Source: Takakia lepidozioides (Eukaryota > Plantae > Bryophyta). Taken from it: DNA of 64,000 nucleotides. Within the stretch, counting starts at the first letter, position 1. The number at the start of each line of letters is the position of its first letter. Positions 27,580 through 38,299 of the stretch are shown piece by piece. The notes under the pieces were generated by a model, which saw only the letters and a program-made list of their open reading frames with translations, did no database searches and was not told the DNA's origin. The stretch covers positions 74,648,001 through 74,712,000 of the forward strand of contig CM060731.1 in assembly GCA_030704615.1 (NCBI GenBank). The letters are read 5' to 3'. The translations under genes and the position numbers were made by a program.

Positions 27580-28500
27580 CTTCTGGACTTGTTTGGCGGG
27601 ATCAGATTGGCTGCAGTGCCAGGCAGGTGTACGAGTTCGACGTTACCTGTATGTGGAGAGGGATGAGACTGCACGACGCGTCTCACTGCGCCATGTTGCT
27701 CAGTTGGTGCAGCAGTACCCTGAGTTGTTGCCGGTGTCTGCAGTTCGTGGATATCAACAAGCCTTGCCAGCAGACATTTCGTTGCTGGGGGCGCAGGATT
27801 TGGAGCGGGTTGGCTCCATTGATCTGGTAGTGGCAGGTTGGCCTGCCAAGGGCATTCATCAGCCGGGCATGGCAATGGATTGCGAGACTCGAGGACGGGT
27901 CTGTTTTGGGAGATGTGCGGATTTTGCGCCACTTGCAGCTTCATCAAGCTGTATCTCCAGCATACATCTTGGAGAATGTGCCACTGATGGGTGATTCTCG
28001 GGCCAGGGTGATGGCCAGTGTGCATCAAGTCCGGTCGTGGCTTGGGTCAGCAGTGTTGCTGGATGCAGCTGCAGTGGGTCACGGGCTCATCGTCCACGGC
28101 TATGGTGGACTAACTTGATGCCACCCGCACTGCTCAAGCGTGCATTTGATGGGGTGCAGCGGCCAGCACACCTCACGTGGATGGCATTTTGGACACAGGG
28201 AGGCAGTCTCAACGTGTGAGACACGATGACCGTTCGCCTTTGGCAGTGGTCAACAGGGTGGTCAACCACGAGCAGCATTACCTACACTGCTCAGCTTCCC
28301 AGGATCCCATGCTTTTCGGGATGTGGACCTGGCCTCTGTGGGATGCTCAGTTGCAACAGTTAGTGGAGCCTAATGCGACGAGCGAGAGCGGGCTATGGGG
28401 TTTTCCACTGGGACCACGGCGGTGCTTCTCTTTCTGAGGCATCACGTCGTCAGGTGTTGGGGCAAGCAATGGATCTCAATTGCTTGACCTGGATTTCAGC
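27580..28500 (+). pseudogene. C5 cytosine DNA methyltransferase domain within pol (1-nt frameshifts)
   Basis: Motif I LLDLFGGI (27580-27603); II YLYVERD; IV IDLVVAGWP[C]QG (needs +1 nt at ~27844); GLRDSRTGLFWE; VI YILENV; VIII AHRPRLWWTN; IX ERERAMGF; X RRQVLGQAMD. Confidence 0.9.
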
Positions 28501-28956
28501 TTGGCTATGGCTGAGCAACGTAGAGTGCGGAGTACACTTCCCTTTGGTCTCTCTGCCTACCGAGACGGTACAGGCAGCGAGTGGGGGCGAGCGGTGAGGA
28601 CCACGAGGTGTAGACATCCATGGCACACGTGGGAGGTGCTCGAGGTTCAGAGGGAGTTGGCAGCCAAGGCAGCTGTGATGGATGAGGTTGGGGATTCTTC
28701 TCGGGTTGAGGAGGTTCTCAATGATGAGATGATGGGGCAGGATGAGGCCTTGTCATTGACTGAGCAGGAAGGGAGTGCTCAAGAGGTTGCAGCATAGCAA
28801 CCACGGGACGCGTCCTCTACCTCTAAGCCCACTGGACTTAAGGTTGCAGTTACGGAGGACAATTGGGAGCCTGACATTGGACCCATTGTCACCGGAGGAG
28901 AGAGACGACGTATACGGCGGTTCCTGAGGGCTTACAGGAATTGCTTTGCCTTCAGT

Positions 28957-31897
28957 TTGAAGGACTTGGGAGCACTGAAGGGTCAAGAGATCCGTATTGA
29001 GTTGGCCACTGACACGCCAATCTTTCGGAGACCCTATAGATACAGTGACATGGAGAGGTCTTTGATTCAGATGAGGACTCAAGATCTCTGGGAGGCAGGT
29101 TTGGTGGAGCTCTCTGGTGGAGAGTATGCTTCAGCCACAGTGATGCCAGCCAAGAAGGATGTCTATGGCAATTGGACGGAGAGACGTATGTGCGGTGATT
29201 ACCGGCCTGTAAATCGTCAGACCAAGTCCGATAGGTATGCCATGCCAACACCAGAGGAGATCTTTGATGCCATTGGGCATCCAAGGTCTTTAGCACGTTG
29301 GATTTACGATCCGGATATCACCAGTTGCCGATCAAGGAGGCGGATAAGCAAAAGACGGCATTCTGGGGGATCAATGAGCACGGGAAGGATTGCCTATACC
29401 AGTGGCGGTTCTTACCATTTGGGCTTAAAAACGCTCCTGCTGAGTTTCAAAGGATTCTAGCAGGGGTGGAGTTTGCTCGGTGCTACATAGATGACATCAT
29501 CATCTTTAGTGCTACGGTGGAGGAGCATGAGAGACACCTTCAGGGGGTATTTGAGCGCTTGAGGACGCACGGATTGAAGTTACATCCGGGCAAGTGCAAG
29601 TTTTTCCACAACCAGATTGAGTATCTGGGTCACATGATATATCCTGGAGGATTGGGGGTACAGCAGACTAAGGTAGAGTCCATTGCACAGGTTCCACGCC
29701 CCACGGATGTGAGCCGAGTTCGAGCTTTCATGGGGTTAGCAAACTATTACAGACGGTTTGTTAAGGGATTTAGTGCCATTGCAAAGGCTCTAACCAAGCT
29801 GACCAAGGTGGACCAGGAGTGGCAGTGGGAAGATGAGCAAGAACAAGCTTTTCAAGAGCTCAAGGCGAGGTTGACCTCGGCGCCCATCTTGAGACGACCT
29901 ATCAGGGGGCGTCCTTTTCAGCTGCATACAGATTGGAGCATGCTGGCATGGGCTTGGAGCGGTGCTCACACAGGTGGATGATGAGGGGAGAGAGTCGTAG
30001 TGGCTTATGCTAGCCGCTCAAAAAATGCTGTAGAGTCTAAGTATATCATATGAGGGAGGGAGAATGCTTAGCTGCAGTGGGGCCGTGGCACACTTCAGGT
30101 GCTATCTATACGGCAATCTCTTCACCCTGTCACGGATCAACAACCACTCAAGTGGTTGATGGAGTCAGACAAGCTTACGGGGAAGCTTGCACGGTGGGCA
30201 CTCATCCTTCAAGAGTATGACTTTCAGGTGGTGCATCGACGGGTTTGGTCAATCGCAATGCAGATGGGTTGAGTCGCAATCCATGCACGAGCCAGCAGGA
30301 ACAATGGAGCTTGGTGCATGGTGAGACAGACGAGGAGATGGTGCCCGGATGGCATGCATCGCATTTCTGTGTATTTGGCAGCGGAAGGCCAGGTTGGACC
30401 TGCAACAGGGATGACTGTAGATCAAGTGTCTGAGGACCCTGAGGCCAGCAATGCGCAAGGTGGCGCCAAAGATATACATGAGGATTCAGTTGTGTTGGAC
30501 TACCTCCGCACTGGAGACACTGCAGCCACTGTGACGGCCAAGGAGAGGGATCGGATCCTACAACGAGCCAAGAGGTTCAAGTGGGAGGGGACACACCTGC
30601 TCCGAGTGTGGGAGGATGGTCGAGTGAGGATTGTGCCTCACACCAACACAGCGGGCACGGTTAGTGCGGCATGCCCATGAGGAGTTGGGGCATTTTGGGG
30701 TGCAATGCACTCATAGTCTACTGCAGGGGCAGTTGGTGGCGTGGTATGCACACAGAGGTGCAACAAACTGTGGCTAGGTGCATGGTGTATGACAGGGTGC
30801 GTGCTTCATTCAACGCCCCTACTCCACAATTGCACCTCTTCCGATCATGGGATTGGGCTACAGGTGGAGTCTTGACTTCGCAGGGCCGTTGCCACTGACC
30901 ATGCGCCACAACAAGTACGTGTGGTGATGGTGGAGCACTTCTCCAAGTGGATTGAATTGGTTCCATTGCCTGATAAGGCTAGTGAGGGAGCTGCGTATGC
31001 ATTCTTGGATTGTGTGCTTAGCCGATTCGGTGCTCCAGATGAGGTACTCACGGACCAAGGGAGAGAGTTTTGGAAGAGTTTCAGGCTTGTGTGACAAGGC
31101 CTTGATAGACCACCGCACCACTTCTCGGGATCATCCTGAGGCTGATGGCTTGGCAGAGAGAGTTGTTCAGACAAGTAAAGAGGGGTTTGCGCAAGTATGG
31201 CTTGCAGAAGGGACACCTAGGAGATTGGGACCTTCAGTTACCCTGGTTAGCCAGGGCTACAGGTTCAGCAAGCAAGCATCATTGCCTCCTTCTCACCATA
31301 CTTTCTTCTCTTGGCCGAGAGCCGGATTTGCCTACATCCATTCGCAGAGAAGCTACTACAGTTCTTAACCTTGACGATCGGACGTGTGGGCACGTGCATG
31401 TGAGCAGCGTGCAGAGTTGTTCAAAGAGTTCATGCCCATGGCTTTCGAGAACCTTGCCATTGCACAACACCGTGATACGTGAGGTATGCTACCCCGTGGT
31501 GGGGGCTATCGTCCTGGGGTTCGGAGATTCAACCTGTGACTATGTCTATTGCAGCAGACTGCTCCTACGACCCTGGATGTGACTACAGGACGTGTTATTT
31601 TGAGGGTTCGAGAGGTTTTGCCCTCGGGGTCTTGGTCTTGGAGGGTTGGGATGGCATAACTTGGAAGAACCATGTGCGTAATTGTGCGTCATGTCACCTT
31701 CCGAATGTCGATGGCAGGATTGACCCAAACTGGCAGTGGTATCTGCAGGTTTGAGGTGATGTTGTGCGGGTCTGTAAAGGGGCAGCCACATGCTGGTGTG
31801 TGATCGATGCTCTAGAGGTTGGCATATGGGATGCTTGACTCCACCTCTTGAGATGGTTCCGGATGGGGATTGGTTATGTCCACAATGCATTGGATAG
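28957..31897 (+). pseudogene. pol: RT, RNase H, DDE integrase and C-terminal PHD finger of the DNMT element
   Basis: [58 protein letters not shown]; MLVCDRCSRGWHMGCLTPPLEMVPDGDWLCPQC. Confidence 0.9.
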
Positions 31898-32153
31898 TGG
31901 GAGTGGATACAACCATGGAAGGCTAACAAACAACGTAAGGCCCAGCTACAGGAGACCTTGAATACACGAAGTCCTGGCTCAAGTTCACAGATTGCAAGAC
32001 GGCGAAAACGATGGGCTACTCTTGTACCCGGCCTCTTGGTCTATAGAGTTGAGTACGATAGGGACAGTGATAGAGGACTTAGTACGGCTATGGCTATTAC
32101 GTCTTGTAGCTATCTGGAGGTAGAGGGACCTATCCACCAGCTAGGGGGGCGAT

Positions 32154-32237
32154 TGTGGTAGACTACTTTATTGTGCATATATGTGTGGTGTGTTTGGACA
32201 GCGATGTAGTTGGGTTGCGATACGTATGCGCACGACA
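32154..32237 (+). repeat. Repeat B1, after PPT AGGGGGGCG
   Basis: TGTGGTAG...GCACGACA; repeated at 32598-32682 with 2 substitutions and 1 indel. Confidence 0.93.
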
Positions 32238-32239
32238 TC

Positions 32240-32596
32240 TGTCAAGTTAAATAAGCACAGTGTGAAACTAGCTAGAATAAAGCTAGTTATTTGTATTTAA
32301 CACTTGGATTTAGGTCAAGTGTGTTAAATCAGGTGTCAAGTTTAGTTTGACACCTGACCCGTCTTATCTTCACGAGAGCGGCAGTCGCGCGGCTCATCTC
32401 TCTCGAGTTGAGCCTGCGCGACCAAGCTCCTGCATGCGTTAGATTGAGTGAGTGTGCTTATGTAGGGGTACAGGTTGTTGTGGGGTGGAGTCCCCTAGCT
32501 TGGGGTGCCCCTGGCTCGATTATGTTTTCAAAGAGTGATGTTGATGGATAACTGTTTTGTGTTGAGAAGTGTGTGTCCTTTCAAGCATTCTTATCA
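32240..32596 (+). repeat. Repeat A2
   Basis: Matches 7753-7768 plus 20699-21039. Confidence 0.93.
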
Positions 32597-32597
32597 T

Positions 32598-32682
32598 TGT
32601 GGTAGACTACTTTATTGTGCATATATGTGTGGTGTGGTTTGGACAGCGATGTAGTTGTGTTGCGATACATATGCGCACGACA
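32598..32682 (+). repeat. Repeat B2, right terminus of the DNMT element
   Basis: Copy of B1 followed by GGTG TSD. Confidence 0.92.
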
Positions 32683-33703
32683 GGTGGTTCAAAGCTATTT
32701 CACGAGTAAAATACTTACACCACTTGGTTGTGGTGGAAGACCTGCAATTATACCATATCGTACACATCGCTTACTGTTGTGGCAATCTGCAATCCAATAT
32801 CCACAAGCAAGCAGATTTATTCGTCTTGACCAAGCTGTTATGGCAAGCCTATGGCATATCAAGAAAAGCAAAGCATTAGAGAGGTGAGTTCAAACATCGT
32901 TGCAATCAGTTTTTCAGCCCACTGAGCTAGTAAGGAAGTGCCCACTATACGACTTCTGTGTCACACATTAGTGAAAAAATAAACTACCACCAACTTTCAC
33001 ATTCCTCATCCCATTAGAGCTTTGCAATTCACTGACTCCCTGGAATCCCCCCCCCCTTCCCGTGAAAAAGCGAGTATAAAGCAAATTCCGGGGGTTGCTA
33101 TTCCATATGCACAGGTTGCGTGCATGCATGCACAAAATCCCTTATTATATATGCATGTGACAAATTTGTATGCACACATTGTAGATTGTATGCAGTGGAG
33201 TTATATAACATAGAATACGACGTATTTATTGCATATGCAAATGTTACATCATATGTATATAGAAAAATAAATAAAATAAAATCTTAGCTAACAAAATCAG
33301 TAGTCAATGGTCAAAGATGCATGTGACCACTAACTCCAACTAATGCACCACCTTAAACTGAAGAGAATACAAGATCCCTGGCCAAAGTAATAGTTTGCAA
33401 ACTTGTATTCAAGGAAAACAGTTTCATATTAACCAAAATATGGACTTTTGTACTAACAAATGCATATGTGTCATGTTTGGAACCACCACATTGCATGTCT
33501 GTTTGTAATGCCAAGCAGTTCTATAATTTGAAAACTTGTATGACAGGTACACAAGTTCCATTTTAACCAAAATAGGAACTTCTGTACTAACAAATGCTAT
33601 GTGTCATGTTTGGAATAAAGTAGTAACAAGATAATTACATGTCACATGCATGAAAATGAACGGCACAAGTTAGAGGTTCTTTTTTTGTGCATTTCATGTG
33701 TCA

Positions 33704-36700
33704 CTAAGAAGTTGAACTAGGGTCCTTCTTTAGCATAGCCCTAACCTCTAACTGGCTAAGGGAAGGTTGGTGGATCTCATAAGCCCCGGCGCATCCTAGA
33801 TGCACGTTGTACATGAAGTACATGTGCTTACAAGGTAGATATGTTTGTTTTTTCTTCTTGACAGATAGCTCATCAAAGTCGGGACAATCACAAGATGGAA
33901 ACTGACCAATGTATACATTGTAAACCAATCCTGCTCTGGTAGATCCCTCTGTTTGTAGCTGGTAAATTCTCCCATAACCTGGCTGAGGCACGTTTCTGAA
34001 TCCACGAACCTCAGCAATAAGAGTCTCCGCTGACTCTTGGCGACTCAAGTGTCGAGGAGTCGGATCCCGACGCCGAATGCGCACCCCATAGCGTGTAGTG
34101 GGATACTTACCCACAGGAAGGACAACACCTTGATGAATATGTTGTTCCACTGGAAGTGGTCCCACAGGAAAGTTCGGATCAGGAACGTTGGGAGGATGGA
34201 CTAGTCGAAAACCTGCAAGGGTCAAGTTGTCCACCTCTTCTTGTGTAAGGTTGGTTCCAACCTTCACAGGCCACACGTTAGGTATACCCGGTTTTCCCAA
34301 GCAATAGGATGGCACGGTCCCTCCAACACACGACAAAACATCTGTGGGGCAAAACCAAAAAACTTGCAGTTTTGGTTCTTTCATGTTCGGTGCTAGTAAC
34401 TTGCCAGTGAAGCAAGGTGCAGGACTTCCTTTACCTTTCCTGATGAGCGCTTTGCATTTATCTTGGAAACTCCAACCAAGGCAGAACAACGAACCATGGA
34501 AGCAGGACCTGTCCGCTGAATCCTGAACAATGCATCGGAAAAGTCTTGTGTCTCTCTCACTGGATTTCCCCATTGCATTGGCTGGATAGCAACATGTGGA
34601 TTTGTCTCACAGAAAGTCGAAGAACCAGGAATGTCATGACTTGATTTGGAGCTGACAAACCTAGATGGCTGGTGTGGACTGGGCATCCCAGTGGCGCGCA
34701 CTGGAACAGTCTTTACATTCATATCACACCTCCAAGATTCGTTTGGCCCACCATGCTCATCGCCTAACTTGCGTTTGACTGGAATAGTGCGATTGTCTCC
34801 CTCCAATTGAACCCCCCTTGTGTGCATGGGTGTTCCAGCTACTATGCCACGTACAACCTTACCCATTTTTGCTGGGCTATTAGATCTAGCTGCTTGACGC
34901 AACATGAGCTCCTCTTTGTCGGGCCCCGTCCCCCATGTCTTTCCTGTGGTGTGCCTGTAAAATGTTGCCTGCTGCAAAAGAGCTCGTGACATGTCATGCA
35001 TGGTGGCCTCATATAGATCCACCTTCATTTTTTTCCCATTGCCTGCTGTCTTCCACCAAGCAGAATGGACTGCCTCAGACAAATTAGTGGTAGGCATATC
35101 TGCATCTGCCTCCACATCCATGTCCTCTCTCATCCATTGGCCCCACATTCGATATCTGTAGTGCCACCATGCAAGCCATGAATCCAGTTTTGGCAGACTC
35201 TTTTCTGTGCATGCTCCTGAAGAGAGCCACCAAGCCCGAATTGCAATGTATGTGGTTGTAGCATCCTCCAAGGTAGCACTATCTTTCCATTCATAACAGA
35301 GCTGAGTGTGCCTTTCACGGAAGTCCTCCAAGATATAGTCGTTGGTGTGTCTTCGGAGGCTTTCAGCCCAATGATATAAACATGTTCTTTCTTTACCTTC
35401 CATTGGGACATTGGGATCAGATCCATAAACCCTTCGAACAGCAGCCCAATTCGCTCCTGCTGCATCCGCCATGAAGCCAGCAAAATTTGGTTTGTTCAAG
35501 CCAGCAAGTTTTGCTTGTTCATTGATCATCTCCCAGAATAACACCTGAGCATCTGCATCCTCTGTTTTCATATCGCAAATGGCAATGGTCATCATTCGCT
35601 TGACATATGGTTCATAGACATGACACGCAAGAGTTGTCCAATCCTTGATGCGTTTGACATGGTCAAATACTACCCAACTTGTGCGTAGATCCCCCTCACT
35701 CATGCGACGCACAAGATCAACACCACTCCCGGGACCAGCAACAGACATCTTGAAAACATGGGGGAGATGAGAAGTATGCTGGCCTGGAAGGAGATTGCTG
35801 TGAATGAAATGGTATGTACTCAGACGCTTCAACTCCAATATGGACATGATGGAATTGACACGTGCAGATGCGACCTTGTTTTTCACATTGGGGCTACAAA
35901 CATGGGCAAACTCTTCAAGAATATCTTCCAAAGCCTCTCCCTCAAGACGTACTGTCTCTGTGCCATCAGCCACAAGAACTCGATCAATCAAGAGCTTTTG
36001 GGCCATTGACAAGGAAATAGCTCCCGGGGTCGACCATGGCTTCATCTTAACGTGCTCTTGAATCATGCTTGATGCATTTTCCGCAGCCTCTCTATTCTCG
36101 CCCTTGGCACATGGATGGTTATGAAACCCAACGTGAACTGCAACACGTGTATATGTTGGAAGGGAACTTGTGACATAGTACATTCTTGCCCCACAATGCG
36201 CCTCACAGAAAGGTCTTTCTTTGCAGAAACTACACTTGAACTGGTTGAATGGAACTTGGGCTCCTGCAATGAACACCTTGTCTGCATTGCCTTCCCAATA
36301 GCGGTCATTCCGTTCTCCTTCTTTCTTGAAGAAGGGGCAAGTGCTGCTTTGACATATGAGCTTTCCAACACAAAGAACCTTACTACATTTCACATGATCT
36401 GGAACACCAGACATATTGTAGGTATTGGTCTTGCACCAAGGATGACCATCAAACTTGCGGTCCATGCCTTGGAGGGACTGTGAACCACGGTCCGTACGTA
36501 GTTTGACCACGGGGGGGAGTTCGTGGATCACTTTTCCATCAAAAGCTCGAGGAAGACACCGAACACGATGCACTGGAATGTGACTATAGTCCAAGGTAGA
36601 AAGCTCTCCTTTTGATCCATTCCTCCGAGCAGTGGCCAAGATACTCAAAATGGACAACACACCAGAAGGAAATGCAGATGTAGCCTCCCCTGCTAGTCGT

Positions 36701-37239
36701 GGAGATGAAGATAAACCCCTCGCAGATTCGCAACAATCAGACGTGGTGTTGTCCAATGGAGTTTTCCGAGGCTTCATGTCGTGAAGCAAGACCGTATGAG
36801 CAGATGAGGAAGGTTGAGATCCACAAAATACACTCTTAGAAACCTCAACACAATCCGAATTATGAGACCCCAAGCTCGCCGAATCTGCAACCTCCTCCTT
36901 CAATTTACAACTCCCATTTGTTGCAGCTTGATCGTTCTTTCTTGCAATAGAAGTGTGCCTCTCATCATGTGACTGTGTATAGCTCGTACCTGTGACACGG
37001 TACTTGGAGAAAGTGTCTGGAAACAACTCCCATTGCTTTTGGCCGTCATTGAAAACTGGAAGCAACACTGTGGAGGCATCATCATCTCCATCATCCTCCA
37101 AAAAAACTGAACCCGGAACAAGTTTGAATCTATTGCATAACCAAGGTTCTGGGATAATGCACTTGTTTCCATTGCAAGGATAACGAACCACTTTTGCATC
37201 AGGTGGACATGAAAGCACTGCATATTTTGGTGTAGACAT
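33704..37239 (-). CDS. Mutator-like (MULE) DDE transposase with Cys-rich N-terminal region and C-terminal SWIM finger (one frameshift near 34470)
   Basis: WVVFDHVKR (D), FMADAAGANW (D), CLYHW (CxxH), TTNLSEAVH (E); SWIM YNVYIGQFPSCDCPDF...PCKH. Confidence 0.85.
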
Positions 37240-37943
37240 TTGGCAATGCCCTCAAAGTTTGAGAGAAGATGCAAAATGAATGAAAGCGCACATCTTGCAA
37301 GACCTTATGCAAATACATTAAATGGCTTACATTACTTATGTGTATCATCAATCCAGAAGGTCCAAATTTTTTGAGGCATGTGCTCCATCCATATTATTCT
37401 CTGACAGAAACAACTAAATGGACTATCCCCTATTTTTAAGACGACGGCGCCGTTGTTGAGATCTTAGAATCCAATGTACTGCCTTCTTCTTATGAGCATA
37501 TGAAACATAAATGCTCTGCATGTTTCCATTTATTTTACAACCAATCGTTGATTAATCGTCCAACTATGAACTGACACACTAGACGGCACAATTTATTTAC
37601 AATCAAATCCCATGACATGTATGTTGATTTGTTCTTTGATTACTCATGTATGAGTAATGAGTACAAGTATTTGTGGCGACAATTGACTCTAAAACCAATA
37701 AATTGATTAAGACACCCATAACAAAATATTTAGTTACTTTATCACTTACTTTATATTGTATTATGAAGGCGCCGCCACAAAGTAACATGTCAATCGTACA
37801 ACCATCTTCTGAGGATCCACGTGTAACCCATGTAGTCCAAAAAGCACTAACGCCAGAGTGTATAAAAAAGGTTCACATTTCAGATTTGGCCAATTTGGCC
37901 TTTTTAAGGCCTTAGCCCTCGCCCCCCTTTCCCCCCGCTCTCC

Positions 37944-38013
37944 TTGGCGGGGGCAGGTTTGAACCCGCAACCTAGTGGAAAATACACCACAACCTTACCA
38001 ACAAGCCATGCTC
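37944..38013 (-). other. tRNA-like/Pol III A-box-B-box sequence
   Basis: Minus strand TGGCTTGTTGG...GGTTGCGGGTTCAAACCTGC; no convincing full cloverleaf. Confidence 0.4.
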
Positions 38014-38299
38014 TATTCAATGAAACAACCTCTACTTTTTTGTTAATAAACTGTTTCTATTCAGTTAAACTTGTTGCCATTACTACATGACTAACCCGGT
38101 ATCATTACTACACTAACGTAGTCTAGTATACTTGCACATTATCCCTTGCCACTCCCCCAAACAAACACACACAAACTACACAAGCACTTAACACGTCTCT
38201 AGTCTCTACACCCTGGAGACTCCCGTTGCGAAGAGGAGACGGAGGCGCCGCATCTCGGCCTTATACTATACCACCCCGAGGCAACGAGCTGTTGCGGCG

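Larger units (their letters stand above)
7753..32682 (+). mobile_element. Gypsy-type retrotransposon encoding a C5 DNA methyltransferase and PHD finger, with split terminal repeats (A1...B1-A2-B2); interrupted by family A copy 2
   Basis: Termini TGTC...GACA; TSD GGTG at 7749-7752 and 32683-32686; gag, PR, DNMT, RT, RH, INT, PHD in order. Confidence 0.88.

Noticed and set aside
7753-32682. DIRS/Ngaro/PAT tyrosine-recombinase element
   Set aside because: Split repeats fit, but the RT, protease and DDE integrase are Gypsy-type, a TSD is present, and no R-H-R-Y recombinase motifs were seen.
33393-33615. Duplicated ~90-bp AT-rich segment (about 133-bp period)
   Set aside because: Ordinary degenerate tandem duplication downstream of the transposase with no functional signal.
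37944-38013. Functional tRNA gene
   Set aside because: Only the A/B boxes and T-arm are recognisable; acceptor and anticodon stems are not convincing.
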